IMG/VR virus record: IMGVR_UViG_3300042453_000310
Location: 1-60,443 of that record
Source of the DNA: a virus
Lineage: Duplodnaviria; Caudoviricetes
Direction: 5' to 3' (one strand)
Length of the DNA: 60,443 nt
Made by a program: the position numbers and the translations under genes. The notes beneath the pieces were generated by a model. That model searched no databases. It was not told the DNA's origin and worked only from the letters and a program-made list of their open reading frames with translations. Below are positions 29,545 to 38,273 of this stretch, piece by piece (within the stretch, counting starts at the first letter, position 1; the number at the start of each line of letters is the position of its first letter).

Positions 29545-29620
29545 CCTTACATACAAGTTAGGCGCATCAATCTGTATGTCGTCAGCCGGGACTGTTTGAT
29601 GCACCGGAAAGCCCGGATTA
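29545..29620 (-). ncRNA. Structured RNA downstream of the Mu-gpT-like capsid gene (candidate Mu-gpT-DE motif), double pseudoknot
   Basis: Three interleaved helices: CCGGG/CCCGG, GGTGCATCAA/TTGATGCGCC and ACATACA/TGTATGT. Genomic context matches that described for the Mu-gpT-DE motif. Confidence 0.65.
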
Positions 29621-29635
29621 AAGACAATATACACC

Positions 29636-29665
29636 AAAAGAAAAAGGGGCACAAGGCCCCTTTTC
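29636..29665 (-). terminator. Rho-independent terminator after the major capsid gene
   Basis: GAAAAGGGGC-CTTGT-GCCCCTTTTTC-TTTT, preceded by an AATATTTC-TTCG-GAAATATT hairpin. Confidence 0.8.
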
Positions 29666-29684
29666 AAATATTTCCGAAGAAATA

Positions 29685-30596
29685 TTAGGACGAACCGGGT
29701 GAACCGAAGACACCCAGTGGATCAGAGAAGCCAAAGCTGTAACGCTCACGGGCTTTGTAACGCACGTTACCGGTGTCGAAGTCTCCATCCATTGACGTAG
29801 ACAAGGCCATACGTTCAAAGTGCTTCAAGCCGTTAGGAACGTCTGTGCATAAGAACCAAGCGTTTGTGTCGGTCAAATAGTGGTTAATTGTGTAACCTTC
29901 AGGGATTGAACCGTTGTTCTTCAACGCGTTGATGTCGTTGTCTGTTGTACCAACACGCAGGCTGGTTTCAAGCAAACGAGTAGCAACGAATTGAAGTGCT
30001 GGAGGCACGACCAATTTCCTAGGCTTAGCGGCGATCAACAGGCCACGCTCATCAGTCCAAGCGGCGATCTGAATCACAGCGTTTTCCAACGATGTTTCAT
30101 TCAAGTCAGCATTGGTTGAAGGACGGTTGCTGTTAGTGCCACCAGACACCAATGGGTGCGCTGTAGAGAACAGAGCAACACCATCACCACCGGGGAAAGA
30201 TGCACTAAAACCGTTGTTTAAGACGGATGCAGCTTTAACCTGCTTGGTGTAAGCCATAGCACGAGCCAAGCCCTTGGTGTAGCGAGCAGACAAGCTGTCG
30301 TACAAGTTATCTTCAACCGCTTCTTCAGTGATTGAGAAACCCAAGGCAATGGTTTCGTGGTTGTAGCGAGCCGTGAACGCTTCTTGCGCATTGTCATAAG
30401 CAATGGCAGAACCTTCGTTCTTGACAGGAGCCGCAGAGAAGCCAGACAATTTTGTCTCTTCTTCAAAGCTACGCTCAGATTTCTCTGTTTCGTAGATTTC
30501 TTTGTGCTCTTCGCCGTAGGTAGCGTACTGCAAGCCAAACAAGGCGTTGAGGCCCGGGAGCAGTTCTTTAAGTAGTTGTGCGCGTGAAATAGCCAT
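29685..30596 (-). CDS. Major capsid protein (Mu gpT-like family)
   Basis: 303 aa; MAISRAQLLKEL.PGLNALFG, GDGVALFSTAHP, KLVVPPAL, YKARERYSFG; follows scaffold, strong AAGGAG RBS, followed by a terminator. Confidence 0.88.
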   Translation of the reverse strand: MAISRAQLLKELLPGLNALFGLQYATYGEEHKEIYETEKSERSFEEETKLSGFSAAPVKNEGSAIAYDNAQEAFTARYNHETIALGFSITEEAVEDNLYDSLSARYTKGLARAMAYTKQVKAASVLNNGFSASFPGGDGVALFSTAHPLVSGGTNSNRPSTNADLNETSLENAVIQIAAWTDERGLLIAAKPRKLVVPPALQFVATRLLETSLRVGTTDNDINALKNNGSIPEGYTINHYLTDTNAWFLCTDVPNGLKHFERMALSTSMDGDFDTGNVRYKARERYSFGFSDPLGVFGSPGSS

Positions 30597-30607
30597 GATT
30601 TAGCTCC

Positions 30608-31438
30608 TTATGCTGTTGCAGTTGCTGCGTAATACTCGTGCTGGCCAAAATTCAATTTAACCAGAATCTCTGGGAACTGATTAAAGACCAACGTTGAGCT
30701 TGCACCAAAAGCGGTGATGGGGGCTTGATTCAAAATCACAGTCGTCGCACCAGCCGCCGCTGCTGTATCTACAAAGGAGCCTGAAGCAATGTAATTGCCG
30801 TTAGAGTCCAATGAGCCTACATCAGTACCAACAGGCAACGCAAAAGGAATTGCGCTACAAGTAATGGTGGCGGTTGAAATGCTTGTGAATGTGGCAGTAC
30901 CAAGAGAGACTTCAGTATCTGGATTCAAACCCAACACACGCAAAGGCAGAGCATCTGTCGTTGCAGGCGTATCGCTTGGAGCTAGAACTGCGTTCTTTGA
31001 ATTACCAGTTGCAGTGTTACCAGTGTTGTTAATCATCGCCACGTTTTGGCCGACCATTGCACGAGCACCAGAAGCAACAGCAGTAGTAGCCGAGCAAACA
31101 ACAGCAGAAAACACAGTGTCAGGATCGTCACAAACGATACCAACGATGTCGCCCGCAGCAGTACTTGCTGGGTAATACTGAGAAAACGTCTTCTGTTTGG
31201 TCAACGGGTTAGTAAACGAGCATCCCAAAAAGACGCCGACTACCGTACCCAATGTACCAGTACTTACAGAAATACGTTCTAAGTTACCGCGAACTAAGGC
31301 CACAAGATCACCATAGAAGATGTTTGTAGCGTAGTTGTTGATGATTGCGTATTCACGAGTAGAACCCGCAAATACCTGACCTCCGATCAAGTTGATCGGT
31401 TTTAGCCCGTAAGGGGCGTCAATTACCGGATAAGCCAT
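30608..31438 (-). CDS. Capsid cement/decoration protein with inserted domain
   Basis: APYGLKP, IFYGDLV, GVFLGC, DDPD motifs; directly upstream of the MCP. Confidence 0.7.
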   Translation of the reverse strand: MAYPVIDAPYGLKPINLIGGQVFAGSTREYAIINNYATNIFYGDLVALVRGNLERISVSTGTLGTVVGVFLGCSFTNPLTKQKTFSQYYPASTAAGDIVGIVCDDPDTVFSAVVCSATTAVASGARAMVGQNVAMINNTGNTATGNSKNAVLAPSDTPATTDALPLRVLGLNPDTEVSLGTATFTSISTATITCSAIPFALPVGTDVGSLDSNGNYIASGSFVDTAAAAGATTVILNQAPITAFGASSTLVFNQFPEILVKLNFGQHEYYAATATA

Positions 31439-31453
31439 AAAGACTCCTATAAA

Positions 31454-31912
31454 TTATTTAGAACCAGAACCAAATCCTGTTCCGCGACTTGTTGTTGACT
31501 TGCGATCAGCAAACAAGGGCATCCGAGGGTCATTATTTCGCATGAAATGATTGTCAACTGAATCCATCTGGTTTTGAGCTTGCTTGTTGTAATACTCAGC
31601 ACGAGCTTCAACGCGTTCCTTGGGAGCTTTGCAAAGCATCAGCCCACCAATTTCCACATTGCCGTTTGCGTTGTTGCCAAACAAGGCCAATTCTGGATGA
31701 TCCACTGCTTTCACCGGCTCATAGCCATCGCGCATCTGTAAGGACACGTTGTTGGCTAGTGGCTGACCTAGCACATGAGTCGCTACCCAGCGAAACGTGT
31801 AATCTGGATCAGGTGTCGGATCGGGCAAGTTGCTCGGCGGCACATATACCGTACGAGCAGATTTATCGCGTGACTTAGTGTCACGATTTGAGCGGTCAAT
31901 TGTTTCAGCCAT
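31454..31912 (-). CDS. Conserved head-module hypothetical protein
   Basis: 152 aa; PPSNLPDP..D..FRW, GYEPV, GGLMLCK motifs. Confidence 0.75.
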   Translation of the reverse strand: MAETIDRSNRDTKSRDKSARTVYVPPSNLPDPTPDPDYTFRWVATHVLGQPLANNVSLQMRDGYEPVKAVDHPELALFGNNANGNVEIGGLMLCKAPKERVEARAEYYNKQAQNQMDSVDNHFMRNNDPRMPLFADRKSTTSRGTGFGSGSK

Positions 31913-31913
31913 T

Positions 31914-32864
31914 TCAGTTCTCCAACTTTGCTACTTGAACAGCGTATTGCTGTGGGGTTAAACCAAATTTTTTCGCTAACGCTACTTGCGTTTGAGTTAG
32001 CCTAATTTTTCCTGCACTCGTAGAACGAGATACAGAGGCAACCACTGTCGTAGGTCGTTTTTGAACCTCACCAGACCTTGGCTTGTCATTTGCTTGCCCG
32101 AATAAATCCGGAAAAGTTGACTTCATGCGACCATCAATTTGGTCGAAATATTCAGCAGAGCGGGGATCCACTCCGTTTGTGACTAGTTTTTGATGCAGCC
32201 CTAGTGCGTAGCTGGTGTATTCCTCAAACCCTTGCTGTCCGAACCACTGGTTTTTTGCCTGCCAGCGCAGGGTTTTTTCGTCCGGTTCAGCCTTTGTGGG
32301 TTGGGCTTGTTGCGTTTGTACCTCAAAATTTTCTTCCTGTAAAGGGGTAGGACGATAATTTTTTACTTGTTCTGCACGAATCTTTGCATCCATCACAGCT
32401 TCTTGGGCTTCAATGATAGCGTCTGTGTCAAACGATTCTTGCGCTGCTTTGAGTTTGCTGCGGGCTTCTTTTAACTCAGACTCAGCTTTGCCTTTGGCTC
32501 CCTCAATGACAGCTTCCTGCCCTGTGTAGACGTTTTGTTTGAGGCGTTTGTTCTCCTCAATTAACTGCTGTGCAAGACGCTCAAGTTCTTGCTTTTCACG
32601 CATTGTTGCTTCTTTGACACGGCGCTCGTCGTGACGGGCGTGCGTTAGCTCTTTAATGCGTCCCTTGACTTTGTCAGAATAGGACTCGATTTCTTCATCG
32701 GTTGGATCAAGCACTTCACGGTCTAGGGGCTTGCGGCCCCTGTCACGTTCAGGCGTGTCGTCTTCAATTTCAATCTCTATCTCGTCTTCACCTTCTATTT
32801 CAAACTCAACGTTTGATGTCTTTTTATCCTCGACTTCGTCGGGGAACTTGTACGGTTCAGCCAT
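31914..32864 (-). CDS. Capsid scaffolding protein
   Basis: Acidic N-terminus, coiled coil, W...N.WF motif, C-terminal LT..QVALAKKFGLT..QYA. Confidence 0.75.
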   Translation of the reverse strand: MAEPYKFPDEVEDKKTSNVEFEIEGEDEIEIEIEDDTPERDRGRKPLDREVLDPTDEEIESYSDKVKGRIKELTHARHDERRVKEATMREKQELERLAQQLIEENKRLKQNVYTGQEAVIEGAKGKAESELKEARSKLKAAQESFDTDAIIEAQEAVMDAKIRAEQVKNYRPTPLQEENFEVQTQQAQPTKAEPDEKTLRWQAKNQWFGQQGFEEYTSYALGLHQKLVTNGVDPRSAEYFDQIDGRMKSTFPDLFGQANDKPRSGEVQKRPTTVVASVSRSTSAGKIRLTQTQVALAKKFGLTPQQYAVQVAKLEN

Positions 32865-32874
32865 ATTCTTCCTT

Positions 32875-33306
32875 TCAAGCGCGGGTTAAGCCGCGGGGGT
32901 CTTGCACAACAGCATCAACTTGGTCGTCGTTGATGAGACGAAACTCCTTGCCAAAAATCTTAAATCTTGTGCCGGAGTAAGTACGTACTAACACAAAGTC
33001 GCCCTCTTTACACCATGCTCCGTTAGGAAACTTGGCGGTGTCGTTGTACGCGTCGGGGCCGACTTTTAAAACAAACAACACAGTGGTTGCTGTTTCTTCA
33101 AGACGCATACCCTCAATAGGCCGGACTAAGTCCAGACTTGTACCGTCGATACGTTCAGAGATGTCAGGCACGGCGCAAAGAATCTTCCAACCTGTGGGGA
33201 TTGGGAGTTGCGTGGCCTTTAGCTCATCAGTAGCTTCAGGAGCATCCAGAGGCTGGATGGGTTCAGGCAGTGCAAGAGCACCGGGGGAGAGATCAAGATC
33301 ACTCAT
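32875..33306 (-). CDS. groES: GroES/Cpn10-like co-chaperonin
   Basis: PTGWKIL, LKVGPDAY, WCKEGDFVL...YSGTRF...EFRLINDDQV.AVV. Confidence 0.85.
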   Translation of the reverse strand: MSDLDLSPGALALPEPIQPLDAPEATDELKATQLPIPTGWKILCAVPDISERIDGTSLDLVRPIEGMRLEETATTVLFVLKVGPDAYNDTAKFPNGAWCKEGDFVLVRTYSGTRFKIFGKEFRLINDDQVDAVVQDPRGLTRA

Positions 33307-33493
33307 CGGATTGTTCAACTTTCTGTGCAAGGTCAAGTAAATAACGCTCTGCGAGGGCTAGACCCTGAATAATCCCGCAGAGTTTTTGGTACTCTTCAAA
33401 AGTACGGCACGAACCACCAGCCAAGTCATCAGCGTAGTTGTTCATGTCAGTGCGTATTTTTTCACGTAATACGCGTACGAAGTCTTGGATCAT
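33299..33493 (-). CDS. Small head-module protein
   Basis: 64 aa; LAGG....EEY...CG.I.GL; coupled to the portal gene. Confidence 0.75.
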   Translation of the reverse strand: MIQDFVRVLREKIRTDMNNYADDLAGGSCRTFEEYQKLCGIIQGLALAERYLLDLAQKVEQSDE

Positions 33494-35985
33494 TTTCTAG
33501 AACCTTGGTTTCTACTGTTTGAGAGCGCAGCAGTACGCGCTTGTAAATCCATCTGGGCTTTACTCTTTGCGATGTCGGCGCCCATTTGGAGGCCGGCACG
33601 TTCTTGTTCAAACTGTTGCTTGAATTCGCTCTCTTTTATTTGCGCACCTGTGCGAAGAGCCTCTAGTTCCAGTTTGCCGCTGACTTCTTGCTCTTTCAGA
33701 GCCTGTGCGTCGGCCTTGGCAGCAGCGTCCATCATGATCTTTTGTTTCTTTAACTCAAGTTCCTGACCTTTGAGTTGGAGTTCCTGCATCTGCAACTGCA
33801 TGACGGGGTCTTGCATCTGTTGTTGTGCCTGCTGTTGTGCAGCCTTGGCTTGGTTTTGCATCATCACCTGTTGCGCTGCTTGAGCCATCATGCCCGACAA
33901 GGCAATCTCGATCTGCGGTGGCAACTTCTCGTCTTCGGGAGGCAGGGGCATGCCCAACTGCTGCTCGATCTGCTGGCGCATTTGGTAACCAACGTGCTCT
34001 GCAATGTGCGCCGTAATTGCGCCCATGATCTTGGGAGCCTGTGGGTTCTGGCCAATAAACTGTTGCATCATTGGGTCTTGGAGTAGCATCATGTGCACTT
34101 GGATATGTGACTGATGGTCTTGGTGTAAGAACGCTTTAATCGGCTTGCCCTTGAGTGCGTTTTGATTCTCCTGCACAGGGTCTGTCGGTTTCTGGTCGTC
34201 TTCAATTGGCACAAGTTTTTCAGCGTTCTTGATGCCTAAGACATTGAGCATCCCCCTGTGCAATTCTGGCAAGTTGTAAATATCCGGAGCCATCTGCGCC
34301 ATCTGGATCACAGCTTGGTACTGGATAACGCGCTGAGACATGGTGGCCGCATTGGGGTCTGACACGGGGATGATGTCCACCAAGTCGTAGTCAGCTTTCT
34401 TAGCTTTACGTGTGCCGTACTCAGGCGTGTACTTGTAGTCTGGGTCTGTGTAGTCGCGAATGATGTTCTTCAAGAGCTTGAACTCTTGCTTCAGCGCAAA
34501 GTGCACACGGGCCTGAACAGCCGTCATCACCTTAAGCTGGCGCTCTAACAGCGCAAGTGTGGTTCCCACAGGAGCCTGCGCAGACATGTCAGACACCTTC
34601 ATGTCAGCAGTCGCGGCAAAACGCCTGCCTTCATCAACGATGGTCTGCATCAAGTTAAACAGCGTAGCGCTTGGCTCCTTGTACGGCAGAGGCAAGATGT
34701 TGTCACGAATTGTGCCCGAGCCAACGTCTACATCACGGAACTCTCCGGGTGCGATTGGTGTGTCATCTCCTTTGATGCGCAGACCCCGTGTCTTAAGTCC
34801 GCCGGGCAGATTGCTGAGTGTTCCTGCATCGACAAGCTGGCGCATGAGGGATGTAGCGGATTTAGCAAAGCCTCCGATAAGGTGGAAAAGCCCGAAGCCG
34901 TAAGCTCCAAAACCCGGAATATATTGGTAGTGCACAAAGTGCTGGCGCTTGAGTCTGAGGTCATCTTCTTCCTTCCAGTTGCGGCGGATTGACAGAATGT
35001 CGTTAGAGCCTTTAATCAACGTAACAACGTACGGCAACATGATGCCGGTCTCTTCGTCTGCGTCGTCTTTGTCTTCGTAACCTTCAAGGTTCAAGTCAAC
35101 GTGGCACTCGTATAGTGTGTAGCGGTCGTCGTTTAAGTCACTAAAGCCAGTCTCTTTGTCCTTGGCTTTCTGAATGTCTGTCAAATCTTTGGGTGAGTCA
35201 GGCAACTCAATGTCAACGTAGAAGCCCACTTGTTGGAGCTTGACGATCTCGTTCTTGGTCTTGCGCATGACGTGCGTGATGCGGTAGCAAGTATCCAAAT
35301 CCGTTGTACCGTACGGCAGATACATATCTTCCGCAGGAATAAACATCGACACCTGACGTCCCAAATTGGGATCGTAGTACACCTTCTTAAACGCTGAGCC
35401 TGTGGCCGGTAGTGACCAGAGCATGCGCTCGTGTTCAGCGCGGTACTCCGTCATGACTTCCGTCAACTCGTAGTTCATGTCCTCTTCGATGTTAGCCGCA
35501 ATCTCTTTCATCTCTGGCGTTTCTTTACCGATGAGTTTGCTGCGCACTGGCCCTTGGGCTGGGAACGTCTCAGTGATTGTCTCAGCTTGAAAGCGCACAA
35601 CAGCTTCTGTAATCATGGGGTGGAACACACCACATGCACCGTTCCAAGGTTCTGTGCGTTCTTCTATCTGCAGACCCAACAGCTTCAGACCATCAACGTA
35701 CGTCTTCTCCCAATCCTTGCGGCCATTTTTGTCATTGTCAATGTCAGACACCAAGTCACCAGCCAGCGACTGCAGGACACCGTCTTTTATGTACTCGGCC
35801 AAGTTATCGTCAAAACCTTCTTCATCGTCGTCTTCTCCGGGCGTGAGAGTAATCTCTATCCCGTCCATGCCGATGGTGACTTCTTCGGGATCAACAATCT
35901 CAATCTCAAGAGGAGACTCCTGTTCACCCAGCGCGTCAATGCCCATAGGTTGTTGGTACAGCGCTTTGTCGATGTTCGTTGCCAT
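33490..35985 (-). CDS. Portal protein
   Basis: 831 aa directly after TerL; GSAFKKVYYD, YGFGLFHL; Q-rich C-terminal coiled-coil barrel as in P22-type portals. Confidence 0.88.
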   Translation of the reverse strand: MATNIDKALYQQPMGIDALGEQESPLEIEIVDPEEVTIGMDGIEITLTPGEDDDEEGFDDNLAEYIKDGVLQSLAGDLVSDIDNDKNGRKDWEKTYVDGLKLLGLQIEERTEPWNGACGVFHPMITEAVVRFQAETITETFPAQGPVRSKLIGKETPEMKEIAANIEEDMNYELTEVMTEYRAEHERMLWSLPATGSAFKKVYYDPNLGRQVSMFIPAEDMYLPYGTTDLDTCYRITHVMRKTKNEIVKLQQVGFYVDIELPDSPKDLTDIQKAKDKETGFSDLNDDRYTLYECHVDLNLEGYEDKDDADEETGIMLPYVVTLIKGSNDILSIRRNWKEEDDLRLKRQHFVHYQYIPGFGAYGFGLFHLIGGFAKSATSLMRQLVDAGTLSNLPGGLKTRGLRIKGDDTPIAPGEFRDVDVGSGTIRDNILPLPYKEPSATLFNLMQTIVDEGRRFAATADMKVSDMSAQAPVGTTLALLERQLKVMTAVQARVHFALKQEFKLLKNIIRDYTDPDYKYTPEYGTRKAKKADYDLVDIIPVSDPNAATMSQRVIQYQAVIQMAQMAPDIYNLPELHRGMLNVLGIKNAEKLVPIEDDQKPTDPVQENQNALKGKPIKAFLHQDHQSHIQVHMMLLQDPMMQQFIGQNPQAPKIMGAITAHIAEHVGYQMRQQIEQQLGMPLPPEDEKLPPQIEIALSGMMAQAAQQVMMQNQAKAAQQQAQQQMQDPVMQLQMQELQLKGQELELKKQKIMMDAAAKADAQALKEQEVSGKLELEALRTGAQIKESEFKQQFEQERAGLQMGADIAKSKAQMDLQARTAALSNSRNQGSRK

Positions 35986-35993
35986 GTGTAGTC

Positions 35994-37535
35994 CTAGTAG
36001 TATTCGTGTTTCCTGCGGTGAAAGATCGCAAGATCGTCTTTCTCGTCCGTGTCTAAACTGATAAAGCCGCCTTGCCTAAAGCGTAGCAGCGCCTGTGTTG
36101 TCGTGTCCACGTAGTCGTCGTGCTCCCCAACTGGAAACGCGGCCATCTCTTCAATCACTTCCCGTGCCCAGCGTGTGTCGGGTGCCCAGACTTTACCTGA
36201 ACTGAACAAATCCGCAACCGCGTTGACGCGCACCATCTTGTCGTTGCCGCGTGATGGGCTGAACTCCTGCACAGGTATGCCCAACGCCCTGAGTTCCTGA
36301 ATCAACGGCCCCCCAGATGCCTTTTTCTCCACAATGAACGCGTCGGGTTCCCACTCTTTGTACTGCTTAAGCGCCACCACCTTAAGTTCAGGGAAAGCCA
36401 TGCGATCTTTAAACGCATCCAGTAGGATAAGTTGGGGCGAGTCATTTTCTTCCTCGTTGTAGAAGATGCCCCACGTTGTGCAGGCGGAATAGTCGGATGT
36501 GTTCTTAGTTTCAAACGCCGTATCCCAAGACTGAATTATGTACTCGCACTTGGGCGGGTCATCCGGCTCCCAAATACGCCACATCTTACGGCTGACGATG
36601 GCAGAGTTCTCAGATGTGGGCTGCTGCATGTACTGCGCATTCCAATACCGCGGGTCAATACTGGCTTTTGTTGATTTCAGCGCTTCAAGCGACCACTGCT
36701 CTGGCCACAGGGACTTCTCGTCTTCGTCCCCGTCGTTCAAAATGGCCGGCAACTCCACAATCTCCCATGGCACAGCCTCTGGGTTCTTGGTTTGGTAATC
36801 AATCAGGCGCCCAGTCAGGTCTAGGAGCGACCAACGGGTCATCACAATGATAATCCCCCCGCCCGGCATCAGACGCTGCAGTGGGCCCGTCTGGAACCAA
36901 GACCAAGCTGTATCAAATGCGAGTCGAGAGTTGGACTTTACGTCCTGCTCCGAGTGAGGATCGTCAATAACGAACAGATCAGCACCACGACCAGCAAGAG
37001 CGCCCCCGACACCAGCAGCATAGTACTGACCGCCAGCGCTTGTAGACCACTTACCGGCAGCTTTCTGGTCATCTGCCACCATAGTTTGGGGGAAAACTTC
37101 TCTGTATTCATCAGAATCGATCAAGTTACGTATGCGCCGTCCAAAGTCCTCTGACAGACCCGCAGTGTGCGTGCCCATGATGATCTTCTTCTCAGGATAC
37201 TTACCTAGAAAGTACGCAGGAAACAGGTAAGATGAGAACTCAGACTTACCCATACGTGGCGCGATGTTGATAATCACGCGCTTCTTGCGACCTTCAACCA
37301 CATCTGTAAAGATTTTGGCAAGTTTTTTATGGTGTGGGCCAATCTTAAAGCCGGGGTACACGGCAGTAGCGAACCCCAGCATGTTTGTTTTAGCCGCCTG
37401 TAGTCTAGCGCGGGACTCCCGAAGCTCTAAGTCTTCAAAGAGCTCCATCTTTTCTTTGACGCTCATGCGCGGCAAAGCTTTGGCCATAGCTTCTAGCTCA
37501 ATCTTGCTCAGCGTCGTGAAGTTCTCAGGCTTCAT
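35994..37535 (-). CDS. terL: Terminase large subunit
   Basis: Walker A IAPRMGKS, Walker B FVIDDP, MTRW coupling motif, nuclease SWDTA...DYSA, HDDYVD. Confidence 0.95.
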   Translation of the reverse strand: MKPENFTTLSKIELEAMAKALPRMSVKEKMELFEDLELRESRARLQAAKTNMLGFATAVYPGFKIGPHHKKLAKIFTDVVEGRKKRVIINIAPRMGKSEFSSYLFPAYFLGKYPEKKIIMGTHTAGLSEDFGRRIRNLIDSDEYREVFPQTMVADDQKAAGKWSTSAGGQYYAAGVGGALAGRGADLFVIDDPHSEQDVKSNSRLAFDTAWSWFQTGPLQRLMPGGGIIIVMTRWSLLDLTGRLIDYQTKNPEAVPWEIVELPAILNDGDEDEKSLWPEQWSLEALKSTKASIDPRYWNAQYMQQPTSENSAIVSRKMWRIWEPDDPPKCEYIIQSWDTAFETKNTSDYSACTTWGIFYNEEENDSPQLILLDAFKDRMAFPELKVVALKQYKEWEPDAFIVEKKASGGPLIQELRALGIPVQEFSPSRGNDKMVRVNAVADLFSSGKVWAPDTRWAREVIEEMAAFPVGEHDDYVDTTTQALLRFRQGGFISLDTDEKDDLAIFHRRKHEYY

Positions 37536-38103
37536 CTTTATCTTCTGTAACGTCAATCACATCAATCACACCCATGAACCTGTTGAGCTTCTCTTTAATT
37601 CGTGTCTCTAGCTCAACATCAGACATCTGAGTCTTCTTGACCTCAATGCGTTCCGTGAACAAGGCCACTTCCGTGACCTTGCCCAACATGTCTAGCGCCT
37701 TGAGTCTGATGCGGGCGTCTGGATGTTCGACTTCATCTAAGATTTTAGCCACAGCAAAACCCCGTAGCTCCTTGGCCTGCTCAACAAACGCCCAATCGTA
37801 GGCTGTAAGCATCCCGACTAAATGCTGCACTGCAGCAGGAGCCTTAATGTTAGCAAGCGCTTGCTGTGTGTTCTGGGGTGGCTGGCCGGTGACTAGGCTT
37901 GCAAACGATTGACGTGCGGCTTGCGCGTCTGCCTTGGATTCTGCCTCATCGTCGTCTAGCTCTAACTCTTTTAGCCAGTTGGCTGTTTGTACTTGCGCGT
38001 CAATGATGTCTGCTGGCGCTGCTTCAGCAAAAGGCAACGGCGTAGCCTCAGTCATGTCGACCACGTTTGGTTCAAACTCGCCGTTAATCAAATGTTCTAG
38101 CAT
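37525..38103 (-). CDS. Terminase small subunit (putative); start at 38103 or 38184
   Basis: Directly upstream of and overlapping terL; RLKALDMLGK..EV.LFTE motif. Confidence 0.7.
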   Translation of the reverse strand: MLEHLINGEFEPNVVDMTEATPLPFAEAAPADIIDAQVQTANWLKELELDDDEAESKADAQAARQSFASLVTGQPPQNTQQALANIKAPAAVQHLVGMLTAYDWAFVEQAKELRGFAVAKILDEVEHPDARIRLKALDMLGKVTEVALFTERIEVKKTQMSDVELETRIKEKLNRFMGVIDVIDVTEDKDEA

Positions 38104-38130
38104 TGCGTAGGGGTAGTACTGGCGTCGTAC

Positions 38131-38159
38131 TTGTTGCCTCGTTGGTGTTAGTGTACACT
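38131..38159 (+). promoter_or_regulatory. Sigma70-like promoter for a small RNA
   Basis: TTGTTG-17 nt-TACACT. Confidence 0.55.
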
Positions 38160-38166
38160 TCTTTTC

Positions 38167-38248
38167 GGTGATGGCGCAAGTCATTGCTTCTCCTTGATGG
38201 TTTCCAGTTGCCATCTTTGCCCCGGCTCGCAAGGTCGGGGCTTTTTTT
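38167..38248 (+). ncRNA. Candidate small RNA with anti-Shine-Dalgarno segment
   Basis: Hairpin GTGATGGC-GCAA-GTCATTGC, unpaired TTCTCCTT, hairpin GATGG...CCATC, then terminator GCCCCGGC...GTCGGGGC-T7; lies just downstream of a promoter. Confidence 0.6.
38219..38248 (+). terminator. Rho-independent terminator
   Basis: GC-rich stem followed by TTTTTTT. Confidence 0.8.
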
Positions 38249-38257
38249 ATTTGGTAT

Positions 38258-38273
38258 TGTCCAACGTTTGACA
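38258..38273. promoter_or_regulatory. Operator-like palindrome TGTCCA-ACGT-TTGACA
   Basis: Same family as 46058-46073 and 53273-53288. Confidence 0.55.

Noticed and set aside
29575-29590. CUGACGA as a hammerhead ribozyme core
   Set aside because: No correctly placed GAAA and stem II/III arrangement; the helices fit a different, pseudoknotted topology.
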